From Lama glama (taxonomy: Eukaryota): a DNA stretch of 64,000 bases. The notes below the pieces were generated by a model that was not told the DNA's origin, searched no databases, and was given only the letters and a program-made list of their open reading frames with translations. The DNA is taken from the NCBI GenBank assembly GCA_028534125.1, contig CM052817.1, forward strand, positions 89,592,001-89,656,000, given 5' to 3'. The translations under genes were made by a program, and so were the position numbers. Below, piece after piece: positions 52,489-64,000 of the stretch (position 1 is its first letter; each line of letters opens with the position of its first letter).

Positions 52489-55244
52489 TCTCTACCACAT
52501 TAGCTTTTCAAAAAAAAAAAAAAAAAGAAGAGTCATGGAAAAAAAAGAAAGTGGCACCAACAGTATCAGGAAGAGACAAATATCTTCATGCCCTCTGTTC
52601 TTAGATTTTTGGTTTTCCTTAGTTACCAACAGGAAAAATGTGAATCGAATTAGGTAGCCTAAATTGCCACTGTTACCCAGGAAACAATTGTATCTTCCTT
52701 AGATTCCACTTTTTCCTAGAATGACAGAGGAAGGATAAATTATAAATATTTTATAATTTACTGTTAATACTTTTTTTATATAACACTATGGCTTTCAACA
52801 GAAGATCCAGGTAAAATTCTCTGCTCTATTCAGAATACCTGTATTATGGAAAGTACTTCTTCATTGCCAGTTATGAATGTTGGAAACAGTATTCTTTTTC
52901 TTGCTGTATAAGCCTATGGATTTCATGCTTACAATTTGTGTTGGTCATCATTCAACCTACATGTCAGACAATTAAGTTCTATCCAAATTAAAACTTGAAA
53001 CTCTTAGACTATAAGCTCCATCAGTGAAATAAAAGTGGGTCTACCGAACACTTGCACACACCACCCTGAGCCATTGGACACTGATGTCACTCCAATCACC
53101 ATTCTGTGCCTGTGTCGTTTGATAGTCTTCACTGAGATCCGCTCCTTGCTTCATGTCTGTTATCTTGACTGCTAATTTCACCTTGGGCTTCTATTGCCTC
53201 TAATGTATTAGATGCCACAGGAACTGCCTGCTGTCCAATTATGCACAACTTCAAATACTTTCTTATGCTTCCTAATAAATTAGTAGTACATAATTTTGTC
53301 TTAGACTCTAGTTTCTGAGAAGTTCAGTCTGAGACTGTGGTGTGTATCGCCTTAAAGATCATGGACTTTGAAATCCAGTAAACCTGAAGTTATTTCAAGC
53401 TGTGCTTTTGGAAACATTACTCAAATTCTTTGAATTTCTTTCCTTTAAGTAAAATGGAAATAACAAGACTTATTTCACTGAACTTTGGCAGCAATGAAGA
53501 GGAAAGGACAGGCAAAACTTTTAACAGAATGCCTAACATATAATAAGAGCACAATAATATACTCTAGTTACTTAGGGACCATTGACAATTACTCTTTCGC
53601 CTGTTTTCTGAATTCTACACAAAACTGTATTAGGAAAGAACATCTGTGAGCTAAATAAAATTAAGAAATTTATTTTAGAATTTACACAATGCAATGAAGT
53701 ATGCTGAGGAAAATCTGAAGTGGGATGATTTTTTAAAAAATACTATATACATATTTAAAGATAAGAAAGCACATAAAATTATTTAGAAAAAGTTTGCCTT
53801 AGACAGTGTGTTTAATACTGGCCTTATCATATGGTTGTGAGGATTTAATTAGAAAATCCATTTGAAGCACTTAACATAGTTTCTGTCATATTGCAAGTAT
53901 TTAATACTTATTATCATCATACATAATTGATCAATAAAACAATGAAATTTTATTACTTTGGCTTCTTTAATCATTTCAACATCACTTTGTCGTAAAGGGG
54001 ATTTGTTAATTTACAAAATTACGAAAAATAAACAAAAGTGAGTAAATTAAAGAAACATGAACCATTTAGTGTACAAAATTATTATATCATTTAAAATAAT
54101 AATTTACATGCAAATGATAAAATGCATGAAGATATCCAGATACCATTTACTTGTTGTAAAATGTTTTAGTTACCATCAGCTGGGCAGTTATTATGTGCCA
54201 AGCCTTGTACTCTGGTCTTTATTTGCATGACTGCTAAAAATCCTAACAAACTCTTGAGAAAATTATCACCATTATAAGGCATATTAGGAAAGGAACAGGG
54301 AAGTTCACAATTTGTCCAAGATCAAGTAGTAAATATTTCTACCAGAATATAACCAAAGCTCTCTGGTTCAAGAGCATGTGTGTTTAATCAGTATGAAATA
54401 CATAAAAAAAGGAAAGGAAAGGAAAAAGGAAAAATGGATGAAGGTAAGGAAGAAAGGTTAAGAAGGGAGGGAAGAAGGGAAGGAGAAAATGAGAGAAAGA
54501 AGAGCAAATAAGTTCAGGCAGCTTAAATTCAGTTTCTGTCATATAAAATCAGTCTTTTCATTTGAAAGAGATAATTCCTAGACAAGAAGCCTATTAACCT
54601 CTATGCAAATTTAAGTAGGTCACTATTTGACTTTAATTGATTTGGAGTTGTATTTCTATCAATTGATCTATTTCTACTACAATTTTCCCTCTGCCTCTTG
54701 CATTCATGTTGAAACCCGTTTATTGGAGCTATACATGTCAACCTTTAAAGACTAATTTGCCTTCATTAAAAAATGGCAATTCAGAGTTAATCATAGTTAA
54801 AACCTCAAAGAGATTATGGGATATAATTAGAAGTAATATTTGACATAAACTGTCACTAAAAATGAAATCAAACTAGTTTCACTAAATAATTACATGTGAA
54901 TTATATACATGAGATCTGTTATAACTCAGAGCCTTAGTAGTGAGGCCTAATGATATAGTACATATAGTACTTGGCCAGGAACTTTTTGACAGCACATAAT
55001 CCAGAATTTACTGCTGTCAAACTGGCATTAAATAGTTTTTGTTTTGGTGATACATATTACTGAATCCTAGTTAAGTAGAAAGTAAATTTTCCAAAAAAAT
55101 TTTAAGGAAAATATTTTATATGTACCTAAAATTCTTCCTGTAAAGGCAAAAAAAAAAAAAAAAAGACACAGAATCCTCAAGTCAGATAAATAAAGAACAA
55201 GAGTAAGGCACAGACACAAATGGTTTTGTTTCAAAACATATTAT

Positions 55245-56170
55245 ATGGCTAATAGGCACATGAAAAAATGCCCCATATCATTAATTATTAGAGAAAGGCA
55301 AATCAAAACTATAAGGAGATATCACCTCACACCAGTCAGAATGGTGATCATTATAAGTCCACAAATGATAAATGCTAGAGAGGGTGTGGAGAAAAGAGAA
55401 CCCTCCCAAACTGTGGGTAGAATGTAGTTTGATGCAGCCATTATAGAAAATAGTATAGATTCTAAGGAGATTCCTTAAAAACTAAAAATAGACTTACCAT
55501 ATGATCAACCAATCCCACCCCTGGGAATATATCTGCAGGAAATTCTAATTCAAAAAGATACATGCATCCCAATGTTCATGGCAGCACTACTTACTATCGC
55601 CAAGACATGGAAGCAACCTAAATGTCCACGGACAGATGACTAGATGAAGAAGTTCTAGCATATATCTATAATGGAATACTATTTGGCCATAAAAAAGAAT
55701 AAAATAATGCCATTTGCAGCAACATGGATGGACCTGGAGATTGTCATACTACGTGAAGTAAGCCAGAAAGAGAAAGAAAAATACCATATGATATTACTTA
55801 CATGTGGAATCTAAAAAAATAACATAAATGAACTTATTTACAAACCAGAAACACACTTACAAACATAGAAAAGAAACTTTTGGTTTACAGCAGGGAATAT
55901 AGGGATGGGTGGAGGGATAAATAGGGAGTTTTGGATTTGCTGATACTAACTACTATACATCAAATAGATAAACAATAAGGTCCTACTGCATAGTACAGGG
56001 AATTATATTCAATATCTTGTAATAAACTACAATGAAAAAGAATATGAAAAGGAATATGTATATATATGAAACACTATGCTGTACACCAGAAATTAACACA
56101 ACATTGTAAACCAACTCTACTCCAAAAAGAAATTTTAAAAAAAGAAAAAAGAAAATAAAAAAGAAAAAAC
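55245..56170 (+). mobile_element. L1 3' end (ORF2 C-terminus, 3'UTR, A-tail), related to the 20630-22832 element
   Basis: [33 protein letters not shown]; shares 'gtgaagtaagccagaaagagaaagaaaaatacca' with the other copy. Confidence 0.9.
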
Positions 56171-56566
56171 CAATTAATTAGAAAAAAATACTCCCATAGA
56201 AACAACAGATAAATACCTAAATTCTACACTGATACAAACATAAAAGGCAGAGACTTCATTGGTACTTACAACACTGAAACAAGATGTAGGCATCACATGG
56301 TAATGTCATGGGAGAGGAGCCATGTTTTCTTTAGTCATGATGATCAAAGGGGATTACACTGATATACCTTGATAAAAAAATAAGTTGCAGATTCATACAA
56401 TCCACTCTTTATCCTTTAGATTTTGTTGCATTTAAGCATACAAAGTAAATGGAATATACAGTATTTATCAGTTCTAAGAACCACATTCTTTCCAAAATTT
56501 AGCATCTCTTAAATTGGAGTGACTCACAATCTAAGGTTCATTACCATAACAACTATGAGTGGTCCT

Positions 56567-56628
56567 TCATTCCTTCCTCCCTCCTTCCCTCCCTACCCTC
56601 CACTTTGTCTTGTCTGTTCGTTCTTTTT

Positions 56629-56674
<46 letters not shown>

Positions 56675-56801
56675 TTCCTTCCTTCCTTCCTTCCTTCCTT
56701 CCTTCCTTCCTTTCTTTTTTTCTCTTTTTTTCTTTCTTTCTTCCTTCCTTCCTTCCTTCCTTTTTGTTTTTCTTTCTTCCTTCCTTTCTTCTTTTCTTCC
56801 T
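56567..56801. repeat. Compound (TTTC)n(TTCC)n polypyrimidine microsatellite
   Basis: Read directly from the sequence. Confidence 0.95.
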
Positions 56802-56974
56802 TGTAGGTTACATATAGGACTGTACTGAGACTAAACAATGTAGGAGCAAGGGGAGATGTACAGAGAACAGTAAAGGAGTCTACTTGAATAATACAGGTTG
56901 GAGACGATTATAATTTGGACTGGTAATAAATGCTCACACTCTAGTTATTTTTGGAAAGTACTATTTCAAAATAT

Positions 56975-57475
56975 GGTGTATCTTCATTATTCATAGGTTC
57001 CATACTTAAGAATTTGCCTACTAACTAAAATTTGTTTGCAACACCCAAATCAATGTTGGGGATGCTTTTGTGATCATTTGTGGACATGTGCATAGCTGTA
57101 GAAACTGAGTTGTCCAATGAACAAGTTTCTGGCTGAGGTCAAACAAGGAAACAATTTGCTGTCTTATTTCATCTATCACTTTGTAAACACATCTTGTTTT
57201 CACCAACTATTTAGTACCACAGTTTTCATATTTTTGTGCTTTTTGTTAAAAAATGGCCCCCAATTGTAATGCTAAAGTGCTATCTAGAATCCCTAAGTGG
57301 AAGAAGGCTACAATGTACATTTTGGACAAAATACAAGTGTTTGATAATGGTTGTTCAGGTATGAGTTTTTGAGCTGTTGGCCCCAGTTCAATGTTAGTGA
57401 ATCAACAGTATATATTAAATAAGATATCTTTAACTAAAAACACACAGAAAACAAGGTAATTTATTTATTCAGCTC
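56975..57475 (+). mobile_element. MER82-like Tigger element (3'-truncated), within antisense L2 remnants
   Basis: 'aatttgcctactaactaaaatttg..gctgaggtcaaacaagg..aaaatggcccccaa..agttcaatgttagtgaatcaacagtatatattaaataag'. Confidence 0.8.
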
Positions 57476-60400
57476 ACTTCATATGTGGTGTGAAAAAAAA
57501 GAGAAGAGATAATAACTGCAAGGTCTTTGAGCGAATCAACTGACATGATGGAGTTGTCATCAATGGCTACAGAAAAGGATATGGATAAAGCTGGTTTCAA
57601 GATGAAGAATGAGGGTTTAGTTTTGTCACACTGACTTATGATTGCAGCATTAGAGTGAAGAGAAGAAACAAAAGAGACTAAGATGGAGGAATTAGTGTGA
57701 CAAAGAAAGTCTGATGTCCTGGAAGCCAAGTTTAAAAAACAAAAACAAAAAACAAAACAAACAAAAAAACACAAGATGGAATGCATTAAGGAAGGAATGG
57801 AAGAAGAGGAGTTAGAGACAATTTTTTTGAGAATTTTACATTAAAAGAGAACAAACAAGTTCATATCTAGAGTAAAAAGTGTCAAAGAAGTGTTTTTGTG
57901 TCTATTGCACTTAAGATGGGACATAAAAATGTTTGCATGCTCTTGGAAGACATCTAGAAGAGTTATGAAAAAATAATGATGATGTAGGAAATAGAGGTTT
58001 GCTGAAGCAATGTTCATGAATAAGTAAATGAGGAAGAATGAAATTTAGTATATATGCGGGGGGGGTGTTGAATTTAAACAGGACAATCCTAGTCATAATT
58101 CATAAAAGATGCAGAGACAAGATTTGTGATCCCTGACTAGGTTCACAGACATAAATTTAAAATTAAATTGAAAATTTAAATTGAAAATTAAGTTTGTTTA
58201 ATGTATTCTTCCATCTATATTTAATGGCACACAGTTAGGTTTGCAATGAACAGAGCTGGATCTAACCAAAGTTGTAATTTTGCAAATATAGCCTGATTAT
58301 GTTAAAGAAGAAAAAAAGACTTGAGGGATATGCAAAGGAGGAATTATGACGTGAACAAGTATCATAGCCTGAGGAACCCTGAAAACAGATTCTGCAAACC
58401 TTACAACCTATTAGGAGTATGGACTCAAAGTAATAAGATGAAGGAAGAGGGGTAATGAGATAAGAAAGAAAGGGAATAAACTTCTGGGAAGAAACTACTA
58501 GGTTAGCTACAGCTCTCTGAGAATTCACAGCCAGGTAAGGGAATCACTTGAACTCAAAACAGTCTCCACAGTAAGGGAGCAGTATTTAACTGCCAGTTCA
58601 TTGTTGTTTGCTGGTTCTCAGTGATCAAGTTTGTCCCCTAGGGTGAGTGCTAAGTCTCTACATTTCTGAATTGTGTTCTGCAGCCCTTCTAGTAGTCAGT
58701 GGGGAGCCTGATCCCCCAAAGCATAGAGCTGCAGCTGAGTCATGGAGTGAAGGGGGGAATCCTCTCATGTCTACAAGGGTGTGGCTAGGTGGCAAAAGTC
58801 CCTGGATCTGCTGAGTCTTTTATGCTTCACAAAGCAGAGTCCATGCTGAGTTGGTACCTTAATAACAATAGAACTGGAAATTGATAAGATCCACTGCAAA
58901 TTCTTTAGGTTTTGTTCTACATAAAATACAAAATGAACAGAATAAATTATATTTCATCAACATGATTGCTAGCAGGGAAAATATGAATATATGGCTGCAG
59001 ATGGATAACTTGAAATTACCAAGCAAAATCACGTTGGAGCAGATACAAATTTTGGTAAGACATAATGTCATTTTAATGTAAATAAAAGAAAGTATTTTTA
59101 ATAAGTTAGAAAATCCATGGAGCTGAAATAAACTCAGAATTAGCCTTGGTTTCAGTATAATTCATAATTGTACAGTTGAGGACTCCGACTCTGCTTTTAC
59201 CTTCTGTCATATGACTGTAGATGATGTTTTTGGCTATCCTGTGCATATAAAACATAAGGAAAACTATTCAAACCAGTAGTATTTACAGGAATGCAAATTG
59301 GAATAATAAGATTTTGCTTTGCTTAGCCCAATAAATTTCCAAACACACAAATTATATCAGTTTTAATCTATGTTAAGTAAGTTGTAAATTGACCCAAATT
59401 TCATACAGGAAATTTTATAATATGTATCAAAAACTTTAAATTGTTCACAAGGAAAAAGTAAGTCATATATGCAACATTTTCTGTAGAAATTTATTTCTTG
59501 CATTACGCATTTCAGAGAATAAAATTGCTAAAAGCTGGACTATTCAATAATATTCTCTTAGGTTGTCTAGAAATGAAAAACATTAAAAAAACTTAATGCA
59601 CATTTTAAATGATACTGTAAAGATAACTGAAATGTGAAACTTGAGCAAGCAGTGAGCATACAATTGAAAATCAAATATTTGAGGGGAAAATATTTCAAAA
59701 ATTTCTCTCAGGTCCTTAAGAAAAAAAAATACAGAAGCAAAAGTGACAAGAGGACAGATGACTAGGGATTCAAAAAATATAATTACTGGGAAATCTTAGA
59801 AAAGAAACAAAAGTAGACATAAGAAAAGAATTAGTGAGATGAATAGTAGACATGCATGACATTTTCTATTTTTCTGTTTTGTTGGGTATGGTGACAATGG
59901 CCCTGCAGGCAAGCATCTCTAATGATAGCATGAAATCATTGATGAGACCCAATACTAAAATATCCTCAATGTTTAAGGAAATTCCATATTTTGCTGCCAA
60001 GACATGCTTAGGCACAAATTTCTTTTGTTCTGACTTTAAGATTTAATAAATATGCTTTCAGTGGAAAGAAGAGATGACTAGATACTTAACTATCATTGGG
60101 TTCAATTTGGAAAAATTGTCATTTTTCTGTGATTCCAAATAAACAATAATGATATTTACTTTTAATAGAGAACATTTTGAACATCACAGCTTTTCTTCAA
60201 AGTGACAATTTCTTATATCAAACACAAAACAAAAAAGTCTAATACAGAAAATACTCCCTAGAGAGGAAACTGAAAAGAAAGTGCTAGATTAGGTCAACAG
60301 ACAAGTTGTTTTTAAAAACTGGGGATAAATAATTCTCTTATCAGTAAACAATGTGATGATTTTAACCCTAAAATAAATGTTTATGGTATTAAATATTCAT

Positions 60401-63019
60401 CCATTAACAATTCCATAATAATATTAATCCTATGTTTATTATAATTTGTGGTAAACCAAAGGGAGGATATGTTCATATATTTAACACATGTTGCATAATC
60501 ATAACTATTTAAAACTAAATAGCAGTAAAACATATTGATTGATTGATATCCCAGTATCAATTGGTTAAACATTTTTGTGTTCTTCAGAGTTGATTAATAC
60601 ATACTGATGCAAAATTTTAATTTATTTGGAAGAACACATGCTTATGTAATTTATTCCAACTCTGAGATTTGCATATTATATGGAAATTTAAAAGGCTGAT
60701 ATTATTTCATATTTTAGGAAGGTTTCATATTAAGTGAGTTATCATGGGATTATAAAATAATCATTTCTGTAGCAAAATATATTCTAAATCTCACTCAAGA
60801 TAATAAGGACAGTGCTCTCCCAATCCTTCAAGCTGTGGTGTGTGTTTGCTTGTACAAGAGTGGGACTTCTCTTTCCTGTGTCGTCTAGTTTAAGATATCG
60901 ACATTGATTCTAAAACCTGACTGTGAGAGACATTTCCAATTTTATGGGTTCTCTTGGAATTTGTGTGATCTTCAGAAAGGAGAGAAGGGGTTATCACTCC
61001 CAATGTTATAGAGTTTTCCAATATCTTGGAAAAAAGGAGTTTTGAAGTTGCATTGAATTTGCTTTAAGAAAGTAAGAAAACTGTTTTGTTTTGTTTTTAT
61101 TTGAGTTTTTGGGTTGTGACACCTGCCTTATACGTACTTTTAAAGTAAATTATACAGTTTGGCAAATGATGTATCTCTACTTCATCATCTACGTTCTCAA
61201 GTCACTATACTATTTTGTTTTTAAATCTTAGGATTTTGGGTAAAGGAACACTTTTAATTATCTAACTTATCACAATCCGCACCCCATTCCATCCCCACCT
61301 TGCAACAAAATGCTACTTTCAAATATTAGGGATTTTACTTTGGTTTCCAAGATAGGTAATGTTTCTGCCAGGTTACAGAAAGTGTATTAGAATCTTAAAC
61401 AACAGCTGGACAGTACCAAAACATAAATATCTTCCACTGTCTAACATAAGCAGAGATGTACAATTTATAATTAAGAGGATTTCCACACATATGTGAAACT
61501 CATTTCATACTTCTGATTTTTCTTTTCTTTCTCTTGGGGCACTGCCTCATCCACTTTAACTAGATAGAAGGAATAGGATGTAAATATTGCTGTGAGAGAG
61601 TGGTATAGATGTGACAACCCAACTTGCCAATTCCAAAAATATTTATATTTGCTTTTGAAAAGATGAAATATTAAAAGAACAAAGTGTTAAAAATTAAGTG
61701 ATAACATCATCTGCTTCATCAACACTACAAAGTGAACCATTGTGGGGTACAGACACTGACAATGACCAAGTGAATACACATATACAATTTAAATGCCAAA
61801 AGCAAAAAGCTAGTGGTCTCTCTTAGAATTCTTTGTTGTAATTAACTTAACTTGCAAAACTGAGGATAAAAATAGGAAAAAAAAGGAGTGCATTTAGGAA
61901 AGTTTCATAGAAATTTGAGTTTCTAAAGTTAGTAAAGCAATGAGAGACTGAAATTGACAGTTATAACTTTCCATTAAACAACCTATTTCAATCCTCAGCA
62001 AGTCTTTTTGACTACACATTATATTGCCTTTTATTATCTTAGGCTTGAGCTTGAAAACAGCCTATCATTTGTAGGGGTGAATTGTTGAAGAATATCCTAA
62101 ATGATTCCCTGAGGGAGAAATTATAACTGTTTAAGGAGGATAAGTAAGAATAGAAAAAAATATAGAAAAAATGTCATGGGACACAGTAAATTCAACATTG
62201 CCTACATGGGTGTTGGGAGATCACTGTGGGGAAACTGTAGACACAGATTGGCAGAATTATTGATTGAAGACATTAGTTTTTGAATAGAAATGTTGAATTT
62301 GGGTTGAGATGCCCAAAGGCCAGCCCATTTTCTTGGCAAGCCCTTCACTCTTCCTGCAGTTTGAGCATAACACCTTCTAAATTCATATACTCTTTCACTT
62401 ACCACTGAGTGGCAGCTCTCATTTTTAACCTCTCTAAGCAAGCAACCTGCAGTCATCAGTAAAACATAAGTATAAAGTTCCTCTCAATTCTTAAGGCATT
62501 TGTTTTCCCATCAGGCAAGCAAGGCTTCTCCCAATTCCTGTCTGCAAACGTGGAAGTGGAGTAGCTCCAAGAACTTTTCTGATCATAATTGCCTCACAAA
62601 GCGATCAGCACATCAGTGCTAAGTGGCACGCCATCTTAAACATGCCACTGTAAAGGTTGCTTTCTGTAGGAAGGAAGTAGTGCTGCTGGATTTGAAATGG
62701 GAAAGGAAAACAATTCTCACAGATCATCCTGCCACTTTTCTCTATATATGTAGTTATACTGTATGGTTATTATTTGTGCCTCTTTTCTCTTTTTTTGGAA
62801 CTTACAAATTTCTTTTAGGCAAAAAAACAGAAAACAAAAAACTCTCCTCACTGTCTTCCCATGTGACTCAGATAACGCTGGGTGTAGAAGGGGAAATTGA
62901 ACCAAGACAAAGCCAAACAATATAATTCCAATCCCTGGCCACACCCATTCATTCTGGGATAAGTATATAATCTAAATTGGTTTAATTAATATTAACATTT
63001 AGACAAATATGGGCACTGA

Positions 63020-63310
63020 CTAAAAACATACTCCTTTTTTTGTTGTTCCTGATCTGAGGCATGGGTAATGTAGTGGTATTTTTGTTGGCAATCATTACAC
63101 TGAGCTACGAATAAAACCATCTTAGAGTAGAGGGGTAAACAGAAAAGATGGAAAAAGACAGAGATCTGGTGATATTATGACTTCATGTTCATATTCCACC
63201 TGAAGCTAATTCTATTTCTATGTTCTTCACTAATGTGAACAAATTCCCTCTCAAGCCAGGTTTAGTTAAGTTTTCTTATTCCTTTCTATGGAAACCATCC
63301 TAAAAGATAC
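63020..63310. mobile_element. Old MLT1 (J/K-like) LTR fragment
   Basis: 'cagaaaagatggaaaaagac..tggtgatatta..tgtgaacaaattccctctcaagccag'. Confidence 0.45.
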
Positions 63311-64000
63311 ATTAACTTATCCTATATTAGGCATGAAATGGAAAATAAAACCATGAGCCTGAAGTGAGGAAATGCTTAGCTAGTATTATAAAGTTCATGA
63401 AGATACACATAGAGAAATTCTTTTTGAGGTTGTACTCAGTCATGAATCTGCCCTTTCACTTAAAGGCCATTATGGCTTTTAGCACCCACTGCCCAAATTT
63501 TATCACAGGATATATCAGACAGCACTTTCAAGAGAGTTTCTTACAGGCATAAAATGTGGTTGTAATCATCATTTTGTAGAGTAAAATGCAACTTAGCAAA
63601 ACACAAATTCTAGCATCTTGTGAAGCTGGGTTACAGTTATATACATAAACAATTAATGATGACTCACTACATAAAGTTTGAACTTTGAGAAATTGCAGAG
63701 ACACTGAAAACTGTCTTTGTGATTAAGGATCTGAACCTGCAAGCTCTTCTAACTGCATGAAAGAAGTCTCAGCAAAATTAGAAGGATCAAATATTTTCCA
63801 TTTCCTTCACAGATGAAAGAAAAACATTTATTACTTTGAGTTATATAAAAATAAAGTGTCCTTACATGTATTTTTCTGTTAAGTAAGTCTCATATGACAC
63901 CCAAACTTCAGAGAATATTATTCAGTCCTGTGTAACTAAACTTTTAACCATGGATTGATTGTCTTAATATTTTGTCAAGGTAATAACATTTAATTTGGAA

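Noticed and set aside
1..64000. Prokaryote-type systems (CRISPR arrays, operons) or an intact host gene
   Set aside because: The sequence is mammalian repeat-rich DNA; there is no regularly spaced repeat-spacer array, and all identifiable ORFs derive from L1, the MULE or the HADHB retrocopy.

Overview
AT-rich, repeat-dense mammalian genomic DNA with no intact protein-coding gene that I can recognise. Two tRNA-derived SINEs of the camelid vic-1 type point to a camel, alpaca or llama. The window is mostly L1s of several ages, MaLR/ERV LTRs, MIR/L2 and hAT/Tigger fossils. Three things stand out. (1) A 2.5-kb Mutator-like (MULE) DNA transposon fossil at 5362-7892 has 46-bp TIRs and a near-complete decayed zinc-finger plus MULE transposase. 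(2) A TSD-bounded HADHB retrocopy at 24609-27090, inside an old L1MC, also carries antisense HADHA exon 1, the start of HADHA intron 1 and the whole HADHA/HADHB bidirectional promoter. (3) A ~200-bp non-repeat element is present twice 2.8 kb apart, with a perfectly conserved 33-bp core. Repeat family names come from remembered consensus sequences, not database searches, and repeat boundaries are approximate.
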